A stretch of 61,107 nt of DNA, counting the filler, from Nitrospinae bacterium RIFCSPLOWO2_12_FULL_45_22 (lineage in GTDB: Bacteria; 2-12-FULL-45-22), in NCBI GenBank assembly GCA_001803565.1. It is 5 parts of 5 records of this genome, joined end to end, with 100 filler letters (N's around TTAATTAATTAA, not from the genome) between each part and the next. Parts side by side here need not be neighbours in the genome. Positions count along the whole stretch, not along the records: positions 17,454 to 32,308 come from MHDQ01000049.1; 4 more parts are not named here. The stretch is one strand, 5' to 3'. Positions within the stretch are counted from its first letter, which is position 1. The number at the start of each line of letters is the position of its first letter. A program made the position numbers and the translations under genes. Below, piece by piece: positions 17,455-29,300 of this stretch. Below the pieces are notes generated by a model. It was not told the origin of the DNA. It saw only the letters and a program-made list of their open reading frames with translations, and did not search any database.

Positions 17455-20400
17455 GACAACATATTTACTATTCGATTCTACAAACCCAGAATTGAAGGGT
17501 TGTTTGCCCGGATTGAAAGGTGGACTCATAAAACTACGGGTGAGATTAAATGGCGGGTAATCACCAAAGAGAACGTAACCACTCTTTTTGGCTGGAGCAT
17601 CAATTCCAGGATTGCCGACCCCAGGGATGCCAATAAAATATTTGAATGGCTGCCTGAATTTATCTTTGACGACAAAGGCAATTGCACTCATTACATCTAT
17701 AAGAAAGAAGACGACAAAGGATTTAACCCTTCTCTGTTGCACAATAGAAACCGCACTGAAAACGGAAATATTACTTACACCAATCTGTATTTAGAAAAGG
17801 TGCTATACGGCAACAAAACGCCTTACAAAGTTTTCACCGACCCGTTCCCCCCTGAAACAGATTACCTTTTCCAAACGGTATTTGATTACGGAGAGTATGA
17901 CACTAACGCCCCATATAACAAAATAAAAGATTGGGATTTCAGAATTGATGCTTTTTCAGAATACAAATCCGGCTTTGAAATAAGAACCACACGACTCTGC
18001 AAAAGGGTTGTGCTGTTTCACTATTTTACGGAACTTCCCGGCGGCTCGGCTTTGGTAAAATCCCTCAACTTTGCATACGACACTTCAACCGAAGAAGATT
18101 TTACCTTCTTAAAATCCATCACCGCCTATGGATATATTAAGAAAGCCGATGGGACCTATACAAATAAAAATCTTCCTTCTACCGAATTTGGATATCAGAA
18201 ACACGAGTGGAACAAAGATGTCAAATCCATTTCACCGGATGCTCTGGTTCATGCGCCTACCGGATTGGATGAGCCGCTATATCAATTCACTGATTTATTT
18301 AGCGAGGGGCTCTCCGGAATATTAACCGAACAGGCCGATGGCTGGTATTACAAGCACAATCTGGGTGATGGCAAATTTGAGCAGGCAAAATTAGTTTCTC
18401 CTAAACCCTCTTTTGCCGGTTTGGGCNNNNNNNNNNNNNNNNNNNNNNNNNNNNNNNNNATGAGAACGAATGGCAGCCATTCCGTACTTTTGAAAGCCTT
18501 CCAAATATTGATTTGGGTAATGCCAATACCCGTATGTTTGACCTGAATGGTGACGGCATGCCTGATGTTTTAATAACCGAAGATAATGTCTTTACATGGT
18601 ATGAATCTGCTGGTAGAAAAGGTTTTACGCAGGTTTATAAAACGCCTAAATCTTTTGATGAGGAGAAAGGCCCGCATCTTGTATTTGCCGACCCCAAACA
18701 AGCCATCTTTCTGGCAGATATGTCAGGCGATGGCATGACGGATATTGTCCGCATTCGCAATGGAGAGATTTGCTATTGGCCCAACATAGGTTATGGCAGG
18801 TTCGGCGCTAAAGTCAGTATGGACAATGCCCCTGTTTTTGACCATCCTGATTCTTTCAATCCTGCCTATTTGAGATTAGCCGATATTGACGGCTCAGGCA
18901 CTACGGATATTATCTACCTGGGCAAAAACAGATTCAGTTGCTGGAAAAATTTGAGCGGCAATTGTTTCAGCTCCACAGCCTTTGAGATAGATGCCTTCCC
19001 GGAGATACACAATCAATCCAAAATAACGGTAACCGATCTGCTTGGCAATGGCGTAGCCTGCATAGTATGGTCCAGCAATCTAACTAAGGATGCAACTGCC
19101 CCTTTAAAATACATAGACCTGATGAACAGCAAAAAACCGCACATCATGGTCTCTTATAAAAATAATCTGGGCAAAGAGGTAACCCTTGAATACACACCTT
19201 CCACCAGGTTTTATATTGAAGACAAGTTGGCAGGAAAACCATGGGTTACCAAACTGCATTTTCCGGTGCATTGCATATCCAGAACCGAAACCAGAGACAG
19301 GATTTCAGGCTATCGCTTTGTGAGTTCCTATAAATACCACCACGGCTACTATGACCATGCCGAACGGGAGTTCAGGGGTTTTGGCATGGTGGAGCAAACA
19401 GATGCGGAAGACTTTGACCATTGGGTAAAGGGCAATGCCAGTAATATTGTAGATAAAACCCTTCATCAAGAACCTGTCACTACAAAATCCTGGTTTCATA
19501 CCGGGGCATTTTTAAGCAAGGAAAAAATACTCAACCAGTTTGCACATGAATACTGGTATGAAGAAATGGACCGGCAGGGCTTTGCAGTGGTCAATCATGA
19601 ACAGCCTTTGCCCGATGCCCGGCTTATCGCTGCCCCGGGATTAGGTGCATCCATCATAGACCACCTCAGCGCAGAAGAATGGCGGGAAGCCCTTCGGGCT
19701 TGTAAAAGTATGGCATTGCGTTCAGAGGTATTTGCAAAGGATGCCCCGCTTGTTGGCGCTACACCTGCTCAACGTCAGAAAGAATTAACCCCCTATTCCG
19801 TTGCCACGCATAATTGCGTCATTGAACTCCTGCAACCCAAAGGCAAAAACAAACACGCTATTTTTGCAGTGAAGGAAAGCGAAGCCATCACCTACAGCTA
19901 CGAGCGAAACACCGAAGACCCACGCATTGCCCACAACCTGAATATAAAATTAGACGAATATGGAAATGTATTGGAATCGGCCGCTGTTGTATATCCGAGA
20001 ATGTTGGCAGATGCTGCATTGCCTGCTGAGACACAACAAGCTCAAAATACTACTGCCATTATTTATACCCAAAATCATTTTACCAATGATGTGATAAGTG
20101 ATGATGAATACCGTTTGCGGTTGCCATCAGAAGTAAAAACCTTCGAATTGAAGGGTGTGACTAAAGCCAATCCTTTATACTCACTAAATGATTTTGAGAA
20201 TATCCTTACGGCTGCCAATGAAGCAGATTATCACCAGATAGATGCCAATCCTGCCCCCGGAACTTCTCAGAAAAGATTAATCGAGCATATACGAAATATC
20301 TTTTATAAAAATGACCTTACCGGCGCTTTAGCCTTACATCAGTTGGAATCATTGGCGCTGCCTTTTGAAAGCTATCAATTGGCTTATACCCCAGCCCTTA

Positions 20401-23400
20401 TTGCCGATATTTTTGGCGCAAAGGTTAATGCAGCCCTGATGTTGGAAGGTAAATTCACACACAGTGAGGGAGATGACAATTGGTGGATACGTTCGGGAAC
20501 TACTCAGTTTATTCAAGGCACTGAAACGGCTGCGGATGCACAAGGCCGGTTTTACATTCCGGTATCCTATAACGATCCCTATGGTGCTGTTACCAATGTA
20601 GAATACGATGCCTATTTCTTATCACTAAGGGTAACAACGGATGCATTAGGAAATAAGATTACAGGAAAGGTAAATTACAGAACCCTTTTACCAAGATGGT
20701 TAAAAGACCAAAATGCAAATATTTCCGAGGCGCTATACAATGAGCTAGGATTTCTCAAAGCCCTTGCTATCGAGGGCAAAGACAATAATAATGATGAAAT
20801 TGGAGATCAGGCAGATGACCTGCTTGGTCTAACAGAACATGAAACCATATCGGAATCGGGACAATTGTTCTCGTTTTTCAATTCTGCGAAAAAATTTAGA
20901 TATAAACTAGTTGATCTAGATGCAGAAAAGTTATTGGGAAACGCCACTGTTCGTTTTGTATATGATTTTGATGTTTATAAAAATTCTGGTAAACCAGCGA
21001 TTGTGGTTTCAATAGCCAGGGAAACTCATCACAAGAAGCCTGACGGTTCTACTAACAGTTCAAGTCTTATCCAACTCAGTTTTGAATATTCAAACGGCCT
21101 TGGGCAGGTGGTAATGAAGAAAGTGCAGGCCGAGCCTGGAGTTGCATTAATAAGTAACGGCGATGGAACATCATCAGAAGTAGATACCACTCCATATCTC
21201 AGGTGGATTGGTAATGGCAGAACCATTCTCAACAATAAAGGGAATCCTGTTAAACAGTATGAACCTTATTTTTCGACAAATCATAAATACGAAGATGAGA
21301 AAGAATTACTAGAAATAGGCGTTCCGACGCTAATGTATTATGATGCTCCGGGGCGGCTCATCAAAACCGAAATGCCGGATAGGACATTTTCAAAAACTGA
21401 ATTTGACTCATGGAAGCAAAGCATCTATGATCCCAACGATACCATTTTAGAGTCTTCATGGTATCACAATCGCACCAACCGCCTGATAGACGCTGAACTG
21501 ATCGCCGAAGGCAAAGACCCCGTTAAAGAAAAAATTGCCGCGGACAAAGCTGCCAAGCATGCTAATACGCCTAATGTTCAGCACTTTGACACTTTGGGGA
21601 GGCCTGTATTATTCATTGATCACAATAAAAACATAAGCACTGATGCAGATGAATTTTACCATACTAAAGTAAAATTAGACACTGAAGGCAACCTGCGAGG
21701 CGTAACCGATGCACGGGGCAATGTGGTGATGCAACACAAATACGATATGCTGGGCAATAAAGTATATCAAAACAGCATGGATGCCGGACAGAGATGGCTG
21801 CTGGTCAATATCCTCGGAAACCCCTTACGCACATTGGATGAGCGCAATCATGAGTTTCAATATTTTTACGACATCGTGCACCGACCTACGCAAAGCAAAG
21901 TATTAGGTGGCGATGGCGATACCCCGCTTGACCATATTTTTGACAGAATATTTTACGGAGAAACAGAGCCTAATCCTGAACTGAAAAACCTCAGAGGGCA
22001 GATTGTAAGACACTACGACACCGGAGGACTAATAGAAACACCTGAATACGACTTCAAAGGTCAACCCAAATCAATCACCAGAAAATTATTTAAACATTAC
22101 AAAGCCGTAGCCAATTGGATAGATGCCAATCTGGTAAATGACTTAGAAACAGAAAGCTTTACTTTCATCACAGAAATAGACGCCCTCGGCAGAGTTACAA
22201 GACAAACCGCTCCTGACGAAAGTATCACCACACCTTCATATAACGAAGCAGGTTTGCTCAATAGCGAAAGCGTGACCCATGCTGACCCCGCTATTACCAC
22301 TACCTATATCAAGGATATTGACTACAACGAAAAAGGGCAGCGCAATAAAATCATCTATGGTAATGATGTCATTACTAAATTTTATTACGATAAAGAGACC
22401 TTCCGGCTCAAACGATTAGAAACCAAAAGGCAAAACAATGAGGTCTTGCAAGATTTATACTATACCTACGATCCTGTTGGAAATATTATTACCATAGAAG
22501 ACGAAGCTATTCCTATTAGTTTTTTTGCCAATTCACTTATAGAGCCTTTAAGCGAATACACCTATGATGCCCTCTACCGCCTGAGAGAAGCCACTGGTAG
22601 GGAAAACAATGCCGCATTAACTTTCAATAGCAAAGACAACTGGAATGATGCTGCCTTTATGCACCAGTTGAACCCCGGCGACCCAATGGCAATGAGGAAT
22701 TATACACAACAATATCAATACGATGGTGTGGGAAATATCTTACAAATGCGGCATCTATCAGCCGGTAGCAACTGGACAAGAGACTACAATTATCAAGCAG
22801 CGAACAACCGGTTAATCAGCACACAGGTTGGAGCAAATACCTACACCTACCCACACCATGCACAACACGGCTTTATGACCGCCATGCCGCATTTGGAAGA
22901 GATGGGCTGGAACTTTAAAGAAGAACTAATAAAAACCATACGCCAAAAACGCACCGATGGCGGCACACCTGAAACCACTTATTACCAATACGATGGGCAA
23001 GGGCAACGGATAAGAAAAATAACAGAAAACCAGGCTGACGCTGGCTTTACTACAACCAAAAAAGAAGAACGGATATATATCGCGGGCTATGAACTTTATA
23101 AACAACACAGCGGCACAGATGCCGGATTAGAGCGCACCAGCCTGAGCCTGATGGATAAACAGCACCGTTTTGTGATGATAGATACCGAGACTAAACCCAG
23201 GGTGGTATTGGGTATACCTATGGGGCGAACCAGCCCAGACCAAACTGTACGCTACCAGCTCCACAACCATCTCGGTTCGGCATCGTTGGAGTTGGATGAT
23301 GCAGCACGGGTCATCAGCTACGAAGAATACCATCCCTACGGCACCACTGCTTACCAGGCTAAAAACTCCGCCATAAAATCCGCCGCCAAGCGTTATCGAT

Positions 23401-24512
23401 ATACGGGCATGGAGAGGGATGAAGAAAGTGGGTTGGAATACCACGGGGCGCGGTATTATGCACCTTGGTTGGGCAGGTGGATAAGTGCAGACCGAGCGGG
23501 ATTTGTGGATGGTGCAAATCTTTATTCGTTTGTCAGAAGTAATCCGGTAGTGCGCAATGATCCGACTGGGCGTGCCAGCGAGCCGAAACGACAAGTCCAG
23601 AGGTACGATGTTGATGCACATGGGAAATTCGAAGGCACTGAACGACATGGTGGCAAGAACCTACAATCTCACCACCCCATCCAGGACAAATTCTCTGAGC
23701 AGAACATCGCAGGCTACGACAGGAATAAGGCACCAGGTCATCTATTAGAGACAGGGTCAGGTGAAGAACATACGATTATTTCTAACGAGCAGCGAAAGCA
23801 ATCTCCATCGGGCAAAGACAGTGGAATTAAGAGTTGGGACGAAAAAAGCTACTCTCGAGCAAGAGAAGAGGCAGTACGTCAATATGAAAAAGCGGGGCTG
23901 ATTGACGAGCAAAAGAAGGGGGTAAAGGCTCTGATGGAGTCCGATTCCTATCATTTCGGCTTGAACGATACGGTGTCCAAAGATGCGAGCGGAAAAAACG
24001 TGGTCAACAAGAACGCCAGATTGCTTGAAAATATGGACATCAAGTCGCCCATTACGGATAAAGATATGGCCGGGGTCGATTTTGACAAAGCATTCGCCGA
24101 TGATCCGGCACCCGGGTTCAGCGGGAAGCCGAAGGACATTCTCGAAGTGAGTTCGGAAAGGGCCAAAGAGCTAGCAAAGGCCGGAGAAGCAGCCGGAGAA
24201 AAAGGCGCTAAAGAAGCGCCGGGCATGTTAGCCAAATTTGCCAAAGGTGCCGGCGAAGTTCTCGTAAAGAAAGGTGGAAAGGTAATTCCCTTCGCAGGTA
24301 CGGCAGTCGGTGTTGGGCTTGCTGCAAACGAGGCTTATGCTGGGAATTATGCCGCAGCATTTGTTGAAGCCGCTGGTGCATCGGAGATACCCATCGTCGC
24401 TCAAGTGGCGGATGTCGGAAGTCTGGCGGCCGACATTGGTTGGGTAGCCAAAGATGTCCTCGACCCAGAGCGGAAACTGGAGGACTGGTACTACCGTACG
24501 TTCCTCAAGTGA
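17455..24512 (+). CDS. Tc toxin TcB-TcC fusion (SpvB/FG-GAP/midN-midC/RHS core plus variable toxin tip), 5'-truncated, internal N gap at 18427-18459
   Basis: SpvB-like FARIERW...FEIRTTRLC; FG-GAP-like DLNGDG, DMSGDG, DIDGSG; EREFRGFG; PVKQYEPYFS; RHS core YAPWLGRWISAD...NPVVRNDPTG. The post-gap frame (ENEWQPFRTF) joins the 18513 ORF. Confidence 0.93.
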
Positions 24513-24632
24513 CGTAACGCACACCTGAGGGAGGAGCAATGGGAGACAGACCACGATGGGAAGACAAGGGGTCAAATCTTTTAAAATGACAAATATTCCC
24601 ACTGGTTTTGCATATTTACTTAAAGACAACCA

Positions 24633-24884
24633 GGGTAGGCTTGCCCTGCCCTATACCCATAAATAATGCTGAACAATTAATTCCATGTTTGCTATGCTGT
24701 AGCCAGGTAGGGTAGGCATTGCCTACCATTTATTTTGATTTATGTGGGTAATTTGTGCGGATGTGGAATGGGTAAAATGTATGGGAATGTATTGACAACG
24801 AACGGTTTATTGTAATGGTGGGACATGCTTGCCTTTCCTCATAATTATTGATGGGTTTGATTTGGCAGGCGATGCCTGCCCTAC
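24633..24884. repeat. GTAG-type REP palindromes upstream of RAYT
   Basis: GTAGGGTAGGCATTGCCTACC (24707-24727), inverted GGCAGGCGATGCCTGCCCTAC (24864-24884), degenerate copy at 24633-24654. Confidence 0.8.
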
Positions 24885-24915
24885 AAAAATATTGCATGGA
24901 TAGAAATATACAAAC

Positions 24916-25464
24916 ATGCCTAACTATCGGAGGGTACGTATACCGGGTGTAACCTATTTCTTTACGGTTGTTACTTACAAACGGCGAAAAATCCTGACGA
25001 TGCCGGAGAGCAGGCAAATTCTGCGTGCCATGATTAACGAGGTGCGGCAACAACGTCCATTCACGATTTGTGGATGGGTGCTTCTACCTGATCATATCCA
25101 TTGTATATGGACTCTTCCGGAAAATGATGACGATTATTCCAAACGCTGGGGCTTGATTAAGGCAGGGTTCTCCAAAAAGGCTAAGGAGATGTTTCATCGG
25201 GAAAACTGGATGAGCGACTCAAAACAAAAATACCGGGAAGCAACGATCTGGCAAAGACGGTTTTGGGAACACATGATTCGTGATGAAGATGATTTCAGGC
25301 GACACATGGACTATCTGCATTTTAATCCGGTAAAGCATGGATTAGTTAAATGCGTGAAGGATTGGCCATATTCCACGTTTCACCGGTGTGTGGCAAATGG
25401 TACATACCCCTAGGATTGGGGTGGTGATGGGAAAGACAGCATGGATGAGGATTTTGGCGAATGA
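24916..25464 (+). CDS. rayT: REP-associated tyrosine transposase (RAYT) with in-frame TAG at 25411-25413
   Basis: TYFFTVVT, VLLPDHIHCIW (HUH), IWQRRFWEH, YLHFNPVKHG, WPYSTFH; typical DWG...FGE tail continues past the TAG. Confidence 0.9.
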
Positions 25465-25466
25465 GA

Positions 25467-25487
25467 GTAGGGTGGGCATTGCCCACC
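25467..25487 (+). repeat. GTAG-type REP downstream of RAYT
   Basis: GTAGGGTGGGCATTGCCCACC. Confidence 0.85.
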
Positions 25488-25704
25488 ATTATTAGATACA
25501 CACGGCGATAGAGGTAAATGAGGTATATATATGATGTTGATTTTTCCGGACGAAAGATAAGGGTCAGGTCTACACTCTTTACAATGGGAGAGAAATTGAG
25601 GGAAAAGAAATGCTCTTGTTATTGATTTCTTGATTTTGACCTATGGCTGATACAAAGAAACCATAGATGCAATATAAATTTTAAGAGTTACAGAGGGGAA
25701 CATT

Positions 25705-26325
25705 ATGATACCATCATTCAGAACCATACTTGACACCGCCAAAGACCTTGAAAGTCTTTTTGGCAATGTAAAAAACAAGCTGCTCAATAATCCCACAGAA
25801 GCCTCTGCGAAACTGGCTGAGGTGTTGGGAGAGTTAAGCCTGATACTGGAATTTGTAGAAAAGGAAACTGTCCGTTACTTAGAAATCATTTTCTTACCGG
25901 ATAAAAGTAATTTTATCCCATGCAGATCTGCTTTGCTTTCATTGGAAAGCGGTTATGTAACCATCAAAGGTTACGAAGCACGTGGACATTGCCATAAGAT
26001 CATGAACATCTACGAAAGGTATTTGGATCGTTGGTTCAGCAAAGTGCTGGATGCCCAGGAAGCACAGCAAATCAAATCGATGTTTGAACGAATGAACTCT
26101 GCCGATGGAGACATGATTGACGGCATCAAAGAAATCACCCGATGGCTGAAAAATGAATCAGAAGCCATTCTTCAAATGGTGGATGCGGATCAATTGGATA
26201 TGGCAAACCAACAAATTAAATCTGCAAGATTGGCTGTACAGCAAACCCGTAGGGACATAGTAGAAGCATTGGCGCAATTGAAATTGTTGCAAGCGAGTTT
26301 TATTGTTTCTTCACAGACCTTGTAA
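25705..26325 (+). CDS. Hypothetical all-helical protein upstream of the TcA-like gene
   Basis: GAGGGG RBS; 206-aa ORF; no signal peptide; coiled-coil-like C-terminus. Confidence 0.75.
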   Translation: MIPSFRTILDTAKDLESLFGNVKNKLLNNPTEASAKLAEVLGELSLILEFVEKETVRYLEIIFLPDKSNFIPCRSALLSLESGYVTIKGYEARGHCHKIMNIYERYLDRWFSKVLDAQEAQQIKSMFERMNSADGDMIDGIKEITRWLKNESEAILQMVDADQLDMANQQIKSARLAVQQTRRDIVEALAQLKLLQASFIVSSQTL

Positions 26326-26359
26326 TGAATTGAATGAAACGAAATAAAGGAGGGATACA

Positions 26360-29300
26360 ATGGCAAATCAAATTGAAGACCAAAAACCAAACCTCGTTCT
26401 CGGACGGGTGGTTGACAGGCTCAACCGCCCATTGTCAAATCTCATCGTGCAGGCTTATGACCGCGATATGCGTGGCGAGGAGCTATTGGGAGAAAGTATT
26501 ACCGATAGAGAGGGGAAATACGAAATAGCCTGGTCTCATAGCCAGTTGAGTGGCAGGGGTAAAAAAGAAGCGGATATTGTCATTAAGGTATTTACACGGG
26601 AAAAGAAGACCTTGCTCTATGCGTCAGATATGGACAGGATAAGGTTTAATGCCTCGCCAAGGGAAGAGATCAACATCACTATTGAAACGGCAATAGAGCC
26701 CGAAGTGGTAGAGTATGATTACATCTTGAAACAAGTGACTTACTTAGCCGGTAAGGTAGCTATTACCGATTTGCAGGAAAGCAAAGAACACCGTGACATT
26801 ACCTTTCTCTCTAAAGAAGCGGAAATACCCACAGAAAAAATTGAACACCTGGTGGTGGCTCATCGCATGAGTAAGGCATCTAAAATAGATGCTGCCTTTT
26901 TCTATGCCCTGCTCCGTAAAAATACACTGCTGAAAAATGATTTTATTAAATCATTCCATGCAAGATTAATTATTGACATTAATACCGACATACAAACGCT
27001 TCTGTATGATGCAGCATTAGCAGACCCAAAAACCATTCAACGCGATGCGGAGACTGCCGTTAAAGAGATGATCGTTTCTTCCAAAGTTGCCAAAGAATGT
27101 AAGCGAAATGCGGAGCTATTGCAGCAATATAAAAAGAAGGCGGAAGAATACTACAAAAACGAACACCCCCGCAAAGTGCTGAACATCATCAGCCGCTTTG
27201 TGCTTGAAAACAAGATCGATGAGATCGGTAAAATATTTCAGGAAAACAAAAATGACCTTAATCTCTTTCTGCAAAAAATAACAGATGCTTCTTTCTTCAG
27301 CAGCAAAGAAAAAACAACTCAGGCAAAAACGAGCCTTGCCTTAGGAGAATTGTTGGGATTTGATGACCTCATCATCAGCCAGATTAGCGAATCACAAAAA
27401 ATTAAAAGACCGGAGGATGTAAAAAAATTAGCCAAACTGAACAAAGCAGCATGGAAAGATGAATTAACCAAAGCAGCAGGCAAGATAGACCTTGCCGGAA
27501 AGCCCCTGGATAAGAAGATGCTCGATCTTCATGCTTCCTCTATTGTGAGAAAAATGGAAAAGACATATCCCACTATGGCCTTTACCGCACAATTGGAAAG
27601 GGAGAAAAAGCTCATACTGAAAAACCAAAAGGAAATTACCGCCTTTTTATCAAAACACGAGGGTTTTGACTTACAGCATCATAATGTGGACATCTACCTG
27701 AAAGATAAAAAGGTAGCTAAGAAAGAAAGTGAAGCCATTCGGGAAGAATTAAAATCTGTGCAGAGGGTATTTAAATTGGCGCCGCATTACAGCAAAACCA
27801 ATGCACTGCTAAAGGAGAAAATTCACTCCGCACAAAGCATTGCTGCCATAGGCGAAACCCGCTTTGTAAACGAAATTGCCCCAAAAGCAGGCATTAAATC
27901 CGAAGAAGCCAAAATCATTTTCAGGAGGGCAGAAAGAACTAATACAGCCGCCATGCTTATTGTTGGTGAATTGCAGGATACCATGCGGGCTATGGATGTA
28001 CCAGCTTTGGAAATGAAATCGCTTGCCATGAAATTGGAGGCTGTAAGCAAGGATTTCCCCAACCTGAAATCGCTCTTTAAACTCACAGACCTATGTGCCT
28101 GCGAGCATTGCCGTTCGGTATATAGCCCTGCGGCGTATTTGGTAGAAATATTACAGTTTCTGGATAAGAGAAGTGTAGTTGACCTTACTGTTCCTGCACC
28201 ACCGCCGCCGGCAGTTCGTCCTACTGTAAAGATTGCCAAAGATGTATTATTTGAACGTAGACCTGATTTAGGCGAGATTGACTTAAGCTGCGAAAATGCC
28301 AATACTCCTGTTCCTTATATTGACCTGGTGTGTGAACTATTAGAGGCAGCAGTTGCACCTGATGCTGGGATAGATTACACAGGTGTGCTTTCAGATGGAG
28401 CGGATCCGTTGAAAGGTAAAATATCAAATGGCCTGCTCAATACGCTGGTAGCGGCAGGTATGCCCGTAACCGATCAGGCACAGATTTTCGAAACGGAAAC
28501 AACAACGGGATTATCAGACACCTTACCTCATTATTTAAGGGATAAAAAGGCTATTTGCAAAATTATTCACAATGGTGGGAACAATTATACCGTTTTCCGT
28601 TTGCGCCAAACCTTATCCACCGCAGAAGAATTAGCGGCTGCACCTGAGTATGTGAATTCCGATGCTTACAATACTTTAAAAACTGCTAAGTACGCTTTCA
28701 AACTTCCTTTCGATTTATACCATGCGGAGGCAAAAGCCTATTTCACCCGATTTGATATTTCCAGAGACAAGCTTATGGATGATTTTCAATCGGCAGGAAA
28801 TCCGGCTAATGCAGCTATTGCCGCTGAAAAATTGGGATTGACTGATGCAGAAAGACAACTGATTGTAACAACTAAAGACAATTTGATTGACCAGCAATTG
28901 TATTGGAATGCCCCAGACCAGTGGGATACGCCCCCTGTTTCCGGAAATGTTTTGGTTTATATGAAAAGGGTAGATCATTTTCTTGACAAAACAGGACTTA
29001 CATACAAAGAATTGGATTTACTGCCTTCTTTAAAATTCATTGATCCGGCTGATAAGCTTTTCATCGAACACCAATACGATGATCCTAATGCATCTGAAAA
29101 AACGATTTCATGCGATACCACAAAAAAGTATATAGCCAATCTTAATGAAGATACTCTTGATCGCATTCATCGTTTCCTTAGTTTGCAAAAGAAAACAGGC
29201 TGGAAATTTGAAGTATTGGATGAAATTATTTCACAAAGCAAACTTGGCAACGGGCAGTGCAATGATACTTGTTTAATCAAGGCTGCCGATTTGCTAAAAC

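Noticed and set aside
17201-17500. Tc toxin as an integron cassette
   Set aside because: attC and toxin lie on different contigs
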